NCBI GenBank assembly: GCA_037191085.1
Contig: JBAKGE010000001.1
Span: forward strand, 1,089 to 65,088
Length of the DNA stretch: 64,000 nucleotides
Origin: Porphyromonadaceae bacterium
GTDB taxonomy: Bacteria > Bacteroidota > Bacteroidia > Bacteroidales > Porphyromonadaceae
Direction: 5' to 3'
Positions 39,878 to 49,241 of this stretch are shown piece after piece. The notes beneath the pieces are model-generated. The model was given only the letters and a program-made list of their open reading frames with translations, was not told where the DNA came from and did no database searches. The position numbers and the translations under genes were made by a program. The stretch's first letter is position 1. Every line of letters starts with the position of its first letter.

Positions 39878-40468
39878 ATGGAATCCAAAAGAATTGTCGG
39901 TGTTTTGATGCCACTAATCCTCTTGCTCGTGGCAGCGTTCGCTGCTGATAGAGCAGACGCACAGAGGGTAGCTCTCAAGACTAATCTGGCGTACTTAGCT
40001 ACCACCTCTCCGCAGCTTTCTCTCGAGGCTCGTCTCGGCGACAGAGTGACCATGGAGCTGGGTGGCGGCTTTAATCTCTGGAACTTTCAGTCCGGTATTC
40101 GCATCAAGCACTGGCTTGCTCAGCCGGAGCTGCGACTCTGGACATGTGATGTCTTCAATGGTCACTTTTTGGGGCTGCATGTGCATGGAGGTCAGTTCAA
40201 TGTAGGCAAGCTTGATATCCCTGTCGGCAGGCTCGCGCACTTCAAGGATAGCCGCTATCAGGGTTACTTCTATGGTGCAGGTCTCAGCTACGGCTACCAG
40301 TGGGTGCTGGGACAGCACTGGAACCTCGAAGCATCTCTCGGTGGAGGGTATGCACGATTCCATTACGCCAAGTATCCATGTACTGACTGTGGTACCCTGC
40401 TGGGCGAGGGTAACTATGACTACTGGGGTGTCACACGTGCCACGCTTTCTCTCCTGTACGTATTCTAA
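39878..40468 (+). CDS. DUF3575 outer-membrane beta-barrel protein (FimX-like)
   Basis: ALKTNL, HWLAQPELRLW, GHFLGLH, YGAGLSYGYQW; ends in an aromatic F. Confidence 0.85.
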   Translation: MESKRIVGVLMPLILLLVAAFAADRADAQRVALKTNLAYLATTSPQLSLEARLGDRVTMELGGGFNLWNFQSGIRIKHWLAQPELRLWTCDVFNGHFLGLHVHGGQFNVGKLDIPVGRLAHFKDSRYQGYFYGAGLSYGYQWVLGQHWNLEASLGGGYARFHYAKYPCTDCGTLLGEGNYDYWGVTRATLSLLYVF

Positions 40469-40550
40469 GGGACAAGGGTGTACAAGCAGCAGAATGCTCT
40501 CAGAGTTTCAATCTTGATATATAACAGGTAAAAGCATAACATACAGAGTG

Positions 40551-42014
40551 ATGAAAAAAACAATTATTTCGCTATTCCTCCTTCTCACCCTCTTCTCCTC
40601 TTTCCCTCTCATGGCGCAGAGGAAGTACATGGAGCAGATAAAGGTGGAGAACGTAAGGGTGCACAAGCAGGACGGCAAGGTCACGCTGGATATGAATATT
40701 ATCCTTGATGACCTGCAGATTCGCTCCAATGATGCGATCCTCTTCTCTCCGGTACTCCGGCACTCTGGATCCAAGGAGGTGTCTATGGTGTTTCCTGCCG
40801 TGCAGGTAACGGGGCGCACACGTGACATTGTGCTCGATCGTATGGAGCGCAGCGGAGTGCGCCGCCAAGTCAATGCAGAGATAGTCTCGGACGTACGTCG
40901 ATATAACGGCAAACCTCAGAGTATCGCCTACCACCACACCGTTTACTACGAGCGTTGGATGGCTGAGACGGATCTTGTATTCATGGAAGTGGTACATGGC
41001 TGTGCGGACTGCTTTGTGCATGAGGATGCCAGAGTACTTTTGACACCATTCGTCAGTGAGCCGTATTCGCCTGAGTATGTATTGACGTACATCACCCCGG
41101 ACGTGGAGCCGGTCAAGGCTCGCGCCGATAGGCACACAGCTACATTTAACTTTGTTGTAGCTAAGCATGACCTCCTCCGTGACTACAAGAATAATGCAGC
41201 CGAGTTTGCACGTGTGGATAGAGTCGTGGGTGAAGTGGTCAAGAATAAGGACCTTACCATAACAGAGTTCGCAGTAGCTGGATATGCATCACCGGAGGGT
41301 AACTTCGAATCCAACCGTGCTCTCGCAGGCCGCCGTGCCAAGTCATTTGCCGATTATCTTAATGCTACCTATGGGGTGAATCGTAGCAAGTTTACCGTCA
41401 CAGGATACGGAGAAGACTGGGAGGGGCTGAAGAAAGCTCTCGAAAACTCATCCCTCCCCAATAAGGATGCTATACTCAGCATCATCTCCTCGACCTCCAA
41501 CCCTGATGCTCGTGATGCCAAGATCGTCGCACTTGATGGCGGTAAAACCTACAATCGTCTCCTACAGGAACTATATCCACCGCTGCGCCGTACAGAGTAC
41601 GTGATAGCATATAATGTGCGTGCATTTGATGTGGAGGAGGCAAAAGAGATGATCAAGACGAATCCCAAGCTACTTAGTTTGAATGAAATGTACCTCGTCG
41701 CTCGTACCTATCCTGCGGATAGCAGAGAGTTTAAGGAAGTCTTCGACATTGCTACACGTCTCTATCCGAATGAGCCGGTAGCTATCATCAATGCCAGTGC
41801 TGTTGATATCGAGGGTGGCAACTATCGAGCTGCTATTGATAGACTTCACAAGTTGGGCTCCAATGCCAATGCACTCAACAATACTGGTGTAGCTTACGCT
41901 CGTATGGGAGATCTGGAGAAAGCCAAGGAATGCTTCCGGCAGGCTGCTGACAAGGGCAATGCGGATGCTCGAAAGAACCTTGAAGAACTCAATAAGCACA
42001 TCGAGAGTCTCTGA
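40551..42014 (+). CDS. DUF3868 + OmpA-like + TPR protein (PgmA-like)
   Basis: Signal peptide; GYASPEG...N..LA.RRA OmpA-like motif; LYPPLRR; C-terminal TPR (NNTGVAY). Confidence 0.82.
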   Translation: MKKTIISLFLLLTLFSSFPLMAQRKYMEQIKVENVRVHKQDGKVTLDMNIILDDLQIRSNDAILFSPVLRHSGSKEVSMVFPAVQVTGRTRDIVLDRMERSGVRRQVNAEIVSDVRRYNGKPQSIAYHHTVYYERWMAETDLVFMEVVHGCADCFVHEDARVLLTPFVSEPYSPEYVLTYITPDVEPVKARADRHTATFNFVVAKHDLLRDYKNNAAEFARVDRVVGEVVKNKDLTITEFAVAGYASPEGNFESNRALAGRRAKSFADYLNATYGVNRSKFTVTGYGEDWEGLKKALENSSLPNKDAILSIISSTSNPDARDAKIVALDGGKTYNRLLQELYPPLRRTEYVIAYNVRAFDVEEAKEMIKTNPKLLSLNEMYLVARTYPADSREFKEVFDIATRLYPNEPVAIINASAVDIEGGNYRAAIDRLHKLGSNANALNNTGVAYARMGDLEKAKECFRQAADKGNADARKNLEELNKHIESL

Positions 42015-42096
42015 TATTACTCTTGACTTGAACAATAATACGTACAAGATAATTGAACAAATACTAAATTTCCCTTAACTTTTTCGAGTTTTCAAA

Positions 42097-43683
42097 ATGA
42101 AACTGAACAAAATCTTTGCAGTGGGAGCCATTGTGGCTCTCACCCTCGGTCTTGCGTCCTGCAGCAAGAAGCAGGATGCGCCCGATAACGATGGTAAGCA
42201 GGCGACCGACACCTACGTGGGTCTGACCATAAAGTTCCCCACTCCGGCAATTTCACGTGCTTTGCCCGAAGATTACAATTCGAAAGGTGCATGGGATGGT
42301 CAGGATAAGATTGAAACAGCCAAGGTGTATATTGTTACTGACGATGCTACTGTAAACTCATCCTCCTATGATCTGTCGAAATTTAACGTAAATGCATCCA
42401 ATAATGAACTGACACCTAGTATTGCTGTCAGGGCTAAAGCAGGTGAACATGTGAAAGCTTATGTCATCCTTAACGACAAGAAAGCAAGGTTTATAACCGA
42501 GGTTGATAAACTTGCACCAGCTGAGTTTAAGACTAAGTTTGCAACTGTGATTGCTGAAGTTACTGCTATCAGCGACGTGGCTATGACTCTTGATGACTCT
42601 GGAATCAAGGATATCATCGTGATGACAAATGATGAAGCTCCAGCCGAGGTGACTATTGACCCGAATGTGGATGAGAATACCGCAAAAGCTGGAACTAAGA
42701 ATCAGATGGTTGTAAAGGTCTCTCGTGTTACATCTAGGGGTATCGTAACTCAGAAAAAAGACTTGCAAAAGACACTTGAGGTTAAAATGATCAAAACCAT
42801 CACGAAGAAAGATTCTAGCGGAGCTGTTACTAGCAGTGATACAAAAGAAGCCAAAACGGCCACTGTAACAATTAGTGATATTCAGTATCGTGTATCAGGA
42901 GGAGCTAGAAAGGTTTATGCCATGAAAAATGTCTTGGCTACAACTCCTGCTGAAAATGGGGTCAAGGTTGTGGATGATGTTTATAACTTTGCTCCTAATG
43001 GAACTACTACGTGGGCTCAACTATACGTTAATACAACGGCATCTGCCAATTTCCTTTTCAGTCAAAATGATGCTGATTTTAAGGAAGTTTTGAGTGCAGA
43101 TGATGATACTCCAGAGAGCATTAAGAAAGCACTTGTGGCTGAAAAGATGAATAGCCAATTCGTTCTCCCAGTTACCCATGCTACAGGGAACTATAAAAAA
43201 GGTAACACTACTATGTTTGAAATCCGTGCGAAGTTTAACGCTGTAAACAATACTGTTGATTTTCCTGAGGCTGAAGATCTTACTTCTGTCAATCTTGGTA
43301 CCACCATATATTATGGTGTGTCTGATGGCTTCTTCTATTCTACAAAGGTAAAGGCTGAAATGATGAATAAAGATGCGTCTACGCTTACGGGGGCCCCGAA
43401 GCAGCAAGTTAAGGAGTACACGAATGGTTATATGTATTACTATATCTGGTTGAATCCTAATAAGCCATATAGTGGCACTGAAAAGATCACAATGTCTCCT
43501 ACGGTACGGAATCAGGTTTATCACGCTCATATCAGTAGCTTCAAGGAACTTGGTTTGGCGAATAAGGACGAAATTAAGCCTGAAGACCCATTAGAAACCG
43601 ACAAGACCTACTTGTCAGTCAAGCTCAATGTACTCCCGTGGGGTATGCATAGTTATACAGTAGACTTGGGCAATCGCTATTGA
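42097..43683 (+). CDS. mfa1: Type V fimbrial major subunit, Mfa1 family
   Basis: Lipobox LASC, SR/A processing site, YYYIWLN, VRNQVY, C-terminal LSVKLNVLPWGMHSYTVDL. Confidence 0.85.
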   Translation: MKLNKIFAVGAIVALTLGLASCSKKQDAPDNDGKQATDTYVGLTIKFPTPAISRALPEDYNSKGAWDGQDKIETAKVYIVTDDATVNSSSYDLSKFNVNASNNELTPSIAVRAKAGEHVKAYVILNDKKARFITEVDKLAPAEFKTKFATVIAEVTAISDVAMTLDDSGIKDIIVMTNDEAPAEVTIDPNVDENTAKAGTKNQMVVKVSRVTSRGIVTQKKDLQKTLEVKMIKTITKKDSSGAVTSSDTKEAKTATVTISDIQYRVSGGARKVYAMKNVLATTPAENGVKVVDDVYNFAPNGTTTWAQLYVNTTASANFLFSQNDADFKEVLSADDDTPESIKKALVAEKMNSQFVLPVTHATGNYKKGNTTMFEIRAKFNAVNNTVDFPEAEDLTSVNLGTTIYYGVSDGFFYSTKVKAEMMNKDASTLTGAPKQQVKEYTNGYMYYYIWLNPNKPYSGTEKITMSPTVRNQVYHAHISSFKELGLANKDEIKPEDPLETDKTYLSVKLNVLPWGMHSYTVDLGNRY

Positions 43684-43772
43684 ATAGCAGTACATAAAGT
43701 ACGAACATGACGGATCGATGAAGACCCGAGAATAGATAGGTCTGAGGCGATTGTATACAACGAACTATATAG

Positions 43773-43829
43773 AGCTACAGGGATGCTTCGACGGCATCTA
43801 TTCAGATGAGCGGAGGCATCTCTGTAGCT
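43773..43829 (+). terminator. Large stem-loop between the major pilin and anchor genes
   Basis: AGCTACAGGGATGCTTC...GGAGGCATCTCTGTAGCT enclosing CATCT-ATTC-AGATG. Confidence 0.6.
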
Positions 43830-43862
43830 GCTTACATTATTCTATTTCTCAAAATAGGCGTT

Positions 43863-44849
43863 ATGAAACCGGTATTTCGACTACTTATTCTTTCTCTCAT
43901 TTCGGTGTTGCTCCTCACAGGGTGTGATAAGCTTATATACGAAAATCTTGAAGAATGCCCTCAGGGGGTGTATGTAAGTTTCTATAACCAGACTCCATGT
44001 ATGGACGCACCTCAGCCGATAGGAGAGGTGGAAGATCTTTATATCTTTGCTTTTGACCTCAATGATGTCTTGGTAAAGCTGGAGAAAGTAGACGGCGAGA
44101 TAGACCTTGGCAAAGCCTATAAGATTGAACTACCTCCCGTGGAGAAAGGGCAGTACTCTTTTATCGCATGGGCGGGAGCAACAGGGAAATACTTTGACCT
44201 AAATGATTTCGTGGAGGGTAAGACCACCAAGGAAGATGTTATGATGGTACTTCGATCGAAGGAAGGTAGTGCTGTTGCACTACAGGACCATAGAGTATGG
44301 CAGGGGGAGAGTAAGGTGGTTAACCTACCTGATCGCAAGACTCACGGATCAGTATTCGATGAGATCTCAATCAATATGCTCGAAGTAACTAACAGGATTA
44401 ATATCACCCTTAAACTCCATGAGAGCGTCTGCGACAAGCTGGATATAGGTGACTTCGACATTATAGCATCATCCGCCAATGGCGTCTACTCTATCAACAA
44501 GAGAATGCCTCTCAAGGCGTCCAAACTAAACTATCCAGGAACGTTAGTAGTCGAAGAAAAATTCTCTAAAAAGCTATCGTATACGCTGATGGAACTCAAA
44601 AGCGGCTACAATAACGTCCTCAAAATATACAATAAGAAGGAGGACAAGGATTACTTCGTACAGGACCTGCTGGGCAAGGTACTGCTTGAGAATCCTAATG
44701 TGAACCTTGAGTGCGAACACGACTACGACATCGTCGTGGAGATAGAGGACAAGTGCGCGAATTGCTCAGACAATAATCTCGTAGTGCACATCATCATTAA
44801 TAACTACCAGATTCACTCCTTCGCAGTTGATCTGACTAATAGGTATTGA
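43863..44849 (+). CDS. mfa2: Fimbrial anchor subunit, FimB/Mfa2 family
   Basis: Lipobox LTGC, ENLEECPQG, YIFAFD, FIAWAG; follows the major pilin. Confidence 0.82.
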   Translation: MKPVFRLLILSLISVLLLTGCDKLIYENLEECPQGVYVSFYNQTPCMDAPQPIGEVEDLYIFAFDLNDVLVKLEKVDGEIDLGKAYKIELPPVEKGQYSFIAWAGATGKYFDLNDFVEGKTTKEDVMMVLRSKEGSAVALQDHRVWQGESKVVNLPDRKTHGSVFDEISINMLEVTNRINITLKLHESVCDKLDIGDFDIIASSANGVYSINKRMPLKASKLNYPGTLVVEEKFSKKLSYTLMELKSGYNNVLKIYNKKEDKDYFVQDLLGKVLLENPNVNLECEHDYDIVVEIEDKCANCSDNNLVVHIIINNYQIHSFAVDLTNRY

Positions 44850-44882
44850 TAGAAAGTCTCTTGGCACTTATTTCATAGTATT

Positions 44883-46562
44883 ATGTACCATACCAAAGTA
44901 TATACGTCAGTATTATTCACTGTCGCACTCTTGGGTGTGCTCCTTGCTGGGTGTCGCAAGTCGGGAGTAGATGACCTAATTCCAGGAGCTGGCGGAAAGA
45001 CTTATCTCCAGTTCTCTATGACGGGAATTCATCCGCAAGTGGTCACCACTCGAGCACAAGGCGATCAGCCCTCCATTCACACGGACACGGAGGACTATGA
45101 AGACTATGTGGGTGAGATAGCTGTCCTCATCTACGAGGCGTCGTCAGGTTCTCTACTCAAATCTTATTTCACCACTTATCAGTCTTTTGTGATGGAGCTG
45201 GAGCCTGATGTCTCCAAGAGGTACCACTTCTGCTTTGTTGCTAATTACCCAAAGAGTTGGAGAAATACCCTTGAAAGTCTGCATACGTACGACGCTCTTA
45301 GGACGACACTGAGGGAATTTAAAGACTTTGGAACCAAGCAATCAACAGGGGGAACTGCTGCCGTGATACCCCTCTACGACGGAGCATCTGAGGACAACCT
45401 CTTCCCGATGTCTCGAATCTATGAGAATCAGTCTATACCTAGGGGAGGATCTGAGACCTCTCCTATTCCTTTCAATCCCACGGTGACTGCTTCGGGCTCT
45501 CTGACGCCTATCAGCTCATGGACGACAGATAAGGAGACTGGTACCACCCAACAATTCGTCAACCTGGTACGTACCTCAGCCAAAGTAAGTCTCAATGTCA
45601 GCGGCGAAGGGTTATCCGACATTACAAAGATAGAACTCTGCAACATTGCCTCCAAGCATAGTTTCATGGAGAGTACTCCACCCAATGACGTGGATATGTC
45701 CCATATTGAAAACACTCCACGCCTTTTTAGGAAAAGTGATAATATCTCCGACAACCTCCTTTCTGGAGGCAGAGTTTTTAGAACTGAGATGTACCTACCA
45801 GAGAGACTTATAGGAAAGGGAGATCGTTTGACGAAGGGGTGGGATCCCATAAATAATACTCCCTTTGGTAGGCCAATATATATCCGAGTCGAGATGAAGA
45901 GTGGCCAGGCATATCTAATTCCTGTGATTACGGCTAGTCCCTCTGACTGGGCAATTCATGGATATGATTATTCGTACTTGGACTTGGCACGAAACAAAAT
46001 ACAGGGCAAGGATGCTGACTATAGCATAGTCCGCAATCGCCACTATGACTTTGACATCTCGGTTCCTGCTGACGGGAAAGAAATCGTAGTCGGGTACAAA
46101 GTCATGCCATGGACCTTGGTAGAATCAGAGATGTCCTACAAGCGCCCAAAGTACACATTCCGATTAAAAGTCGTAAATAAAAAAACTAGTGAAACCAGAG
46201 ACTACGCGAATATGTCAGAGGTGATATTACCTCCCGATTGTTACGTGGAGATAAAGTTTCAAATCCAAGAGCCAAGAGGAGCGATTTGGGTTGCCTCCAT
46301 AACCAATGGGCATGATTTCAAACTTGAGGGAGATTTTAAGGATGTGATCGCGGGAGCTGATATTATAGGATCCAATCCTGTCAAAGATTACACCATGAAA
46401 ATTCATTATCGAGCAGAGTTTGAAAACGAAGCAAGGTATACCCAATTCTTTATCATCGTAGATGGGAGGGAGATAGATTTGAGTGTGAATCCAGGTGAAG
46501 ATGGACGATACTTAAATGAGGGCAGTGCAAAGAGATGGAACATAAAGCAAGTAATGCAGTAA
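44883..46562 (+). CDS. Type V fimbrial accessory/tip subunit
   Basis: Lipobox LAGC, TTR/A, FCFVANYP, LVRTSAKV, IVRNRHY, VMPW pilin motifs. Confidence 0.75.
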   Translation: MYHTKVYTSVLFTVALLGVLLAGCRKSGVDDLIPGAGGKTYLQFSMTGIHPQVVTTRAQGDQPSIHTDTEDYEDYVGEIAVLIYEASSGSLLKSYFTTYQSFVMELEPDVSKRYHFCFVANYPKSWRNTLESLHTYDALRTTLREFKDFGTKQSTGGTAAVIPLYDGASEDNLFPMSRIYENQSIPRGGSETSPIPFNPTVTASGSLTPISSWTTDKETGTTQQFVNLVRTSAKVSLNVSGEGLSDITKIELCNIASKHSFMESTPPNDVDMSHIENTPRLFRKSDNISDNLLSGGRVFRTEMYLPERLIGKGDRLTKGWDPINNTPFGRPIYIRVEMKSGQAYLIPVITASPSDWAIHGYDYSYLDLARNKIQGKDADYSIVRNRHYDFDISVPADGKEIVVGYKVMPWTLVESEMSYKRPKYTFRLKVVNKKTSETRDYANMSEVILPPDCYVEIKFQIQEPRGAIWVASITNGHDFKLEGDFKDVIAGADIIGSNPVKDYTMKIHYRAEFENEARYTQFFIIVDGREIDLSVNPGEDGRYLNEGSAKRWNIKQVMQ

Positions 46563-46575
46563 GTCAAGGTAATAG

Positions 46576-49230
46576 ATGGATTTGATTAGATATTTTAGTC
46601 GTCACACTTACACACTTGGATGTATGATTGTGTCGATACTCTTCCTTCCCGGTTGTCGTCACGAGATAAACGGAGCAGTTCCTAGAGGTGACATTGATGA
46701 TCCCACAGCTGGAGGGCTTATAGAAGTACCCTTTAGTGTGATCAGTCATGACTCTCCCATTCAAAATATTATAACGCTGTCTTCTTTACGTGGAATATCG
46801 GTTGAAGATGGAGACTTTGATAAGGCAAGTTATGATACAGGATTGAATGAAAACAAGATAGATAAATTGGATTTATTTCTTGCTTATGGTGGTAATATTG
46901 TTGCTTGGTTTTCGAGCAAAAAAAGCACACTTGTCATTGATGAGGTTAGTTCAACTGTTAAGGCAAAGATCACCAAAGCTCAGGTCGATGTTCTTGAAAA
47001 TAAGTCGGTGGATATTTATCTCGTTGCTAATGCTAAGCAAGAGGATTTTTCTGGGATTACCACTTATAGTGCTCTTAAAGCCTTAGTACAGGATGATTCT
47101 GGTTCGTTGAGTCCAAACCCCGTGACTCCGGATGCAGATGTGAAACCTCAGGAGAGATTTTTGATGGATGGTGCCACACTCAATTATCACCTCGTGTGGG
47201 GTACCCAACCGTTGCATCATGTTACACCGATCATCGAACTACGGCGTGCAGCATCAAAGATCAGAGTTAGAGTTGACAGGGTAGATGTCACCGATCATCA
47301 GAATGGAGGAAATACTAAATATCAAATGATAGGGGAACCTTACGTTAAACTCCTTCACTACACAGAGAAAGGTACTGTCATAGCGAGTGATGTGCCGTAT
47401 GACGTCCAACCCAATGAATGGAGATTTGCCACCGAATATCGAAGGATGCCAGAAAGGATTTTTTCGGGTAAGGATGTGGGCTCATATCCCCATTATGATG
47501 GTAAGTTTTACGCCTCAATGCCGTTCTACACGTACCAAAATGATTGGAGTAAGGTTCAGGATAAGGAAACCTATCTTCTGATGAAAATCAGAATGCGACC
47601 TCTGGACTCAAGTGGGAACCCTATAAAAATAGACAGTCAAGGAAATCCCACGACAGATGGCTCTGGGATAGAAGATCCAGGAAGAGAATATTTTTATCGA
47701 TTGCCAATTAATTATCGCATGGATATGGATGGTGTTCCGACGGAGAAGATTGGCAAACTTGAGAGAAACCATCTTTATGACATCCGCACCACTATAGAAG
47801 TGTTGGGAAGCATTGATGAAGATACGCCTATGGACATCAAATCATATGTAGCCATTCAGGAGTGGAACAAACCTGATGTGATTGATGGATCTCTTTCAGC
47901 TGCTCACTTTTTGGTGGTGAAGGAACACAACCCCCTTATGCCCAATATATCTGTCCGAGATATCGGTTACATCTCCAGTACTCCGATTGATGTGATGGTC
48001 ACGAAAGCATACTATCAGTACTATGACATCAGAGGTGAGTATCATAAGGTGGAATTTGATTTGTCCAACAGTTGGGATAATACCACTGTTACGGCATCGG
48101 CAAATCACTTGGATGGAACGATCACAGTGAAGCACAATATTCCGATTAACTTCGTACCGTTTTATATAGAACTTGACGTCAGGCAAAAGTCGCCTGGGGT
48201 CTTGATGGATAAGATTCTCGTAACGCAGTACCCACCTCGATTTGTTACGGGACAGATGTCACCTGGACGCAAAAATGGGAAAGAAAGATTGGATTCAGAG
48301 TCCGGAACTCCTGTCAATGCTGACTTCAGACATCACACGTCTTTAGGAGCCTTGGCTAGATATAGTGCAATTGGCAGTGATGTATATGAACCTCAGAAAA
48401 ATGAGGTATTTTCGAGAGTAACTACCGTTGTGCCCCTTTCCGGAGAGATAATAGGGACTGCTGTATCCGGTGGCAAAACCAAGTCGGATGAGCGGTCAAA
48501 CAAAATGATTTCTCCTGAGTTTATAATTTCGAGCCAGTATGGGATGTCTTTACCCACCGAGCAAAGGACCAATAATGGTATTCCTGTCGGAGGTGTACCA
48601 AATAGAACCTATTTTGGGTACATGTACGGCCCCAATTCCGGTCGTTTTTATAGATTTCCGGAGTATTACAATAATCGGTATGGATATATTAGTTCAGATT
48701 ATCATTACTACTACTATTATGCCCAAACAGGGTATTACTATGTCGTGGACCAGATAGCTACATCATCAACTACTAATCCACAGATTAACGCTCAGTATCT
48801 TTGGCGCGACTACACCAGTGCAGAAGATCGCTGTTACAATTACTTTGAGGGTGAATATGGAGCAGATGGTGTATACACAGAACACTATTTGGACACGTCT
48901 GGCATATGGAGAACCAGAAACATCTACAAAACATTTAAGTACAAAGGACGCTGGCGTATCCCTACGTTGGCTGAAGTAGATATGATCAACAAATTACAGA
49001 AGAACCCGAATTCAATTGTGAAAGGGTTGATGTTTGGGGCTTACTACTGGTCTGCTCTGCAGGATTATGCTTATGCATTTGCTGAAGATAGTAGGATATA
49101 CTATGGCGATAGTAGAATTGGATCGAACGTGCTCGTTGATGGTTACGGAAGTATCCCAAATATTTACGTTAGGTGTGTGTTTGATACCTTTGGCTTGGAT
49201 GATAAAGGGGAATATGAGATTAAAAAGTAA
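46576..49230 (+). CDS. Type V fimbrial tip adhesin with C-terminal CLec-like (DUF1566-type) domain
   Basis: Lipobox LPGC, LR/G, IYLVANA, LRRAASKI, LERNHLY; C-terminal WRIPT..E...YYWSA...YVRCV. Confidence 0.72.
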   Translation: MDLIRYFSRHTYTLGCMIVSILFLPGCRHEINGAVPRGDIDDPTAGGLIEVPFSVISHDSPIQNIITLSSLRGISVEDGDFDKASYDTGLNENKIDKLDLFLAYGGNIVAWFSSKKSTLVIDEVSSTVKAKITKAQVDVLENKSVDIYLVANAKQEDFSGITTYSALKALVQDDSGSLSPNPVTPDADVKPQERFLMDGATLNYHLVWGTQPLHHVTPIIELRRAASKIRVRVDRVDVTDHQNGGNTKYQMIGEPYVKLLHYTEKGTVIASDVPYDVQPNEWRFATEYRRMPERIFSGKDVGSYPHYDGKFYASMPFYTYQNDWSKVQDKETYLLMKIRMRPLDSSGNPIKIDSQGNPTTDGSGIEDPGREYFYRLPINYRMDMDGVPTEKIGKLERNHLYDIRTTIEVLGSIDEDTPMDIKSYVAIQEWNKPDVIDGSLSAAHFLVVKEHNPLMPNISVRDIGYISSTPIDVMVTKAYYQYYDIRGEYHKVEFDLSNSWDNTTVTASANHLDGTITVKHNIPINFVPFYIELDVRQKSPGVLMDKILVTQYPPRFVTGQMSPGRKNGKERLDSESGTPVNADFRHHTSLGALARYSAIGSDVYEPQKNEVFSRVTTVVPLSGEIIGTAVSGGKTKSDERSNKMISPEFIISSQYGMSLPTEQRTNNGIPVGGVPNRTYFGYMYGPNSGRFYRFPEYYNNRYGYISSDYHYYYYYAQTGYYYVVDQIATSSTTNPQINAQYLWRDYTSAEDRCYNYFEGEYGADGVYTEHYLDTSGIWRTRNIYKTFKYKGRWRIPTLAEVDMINKLQKNPNSIVKGLMFGAYYWSALQDYAYAFAEDSRIYYGDSRIGSNVLVDGYGSIPNIYVRCVFDTFGLDDKGEYEIKK

Positions 49231-49241
49231 GAACATAACCA

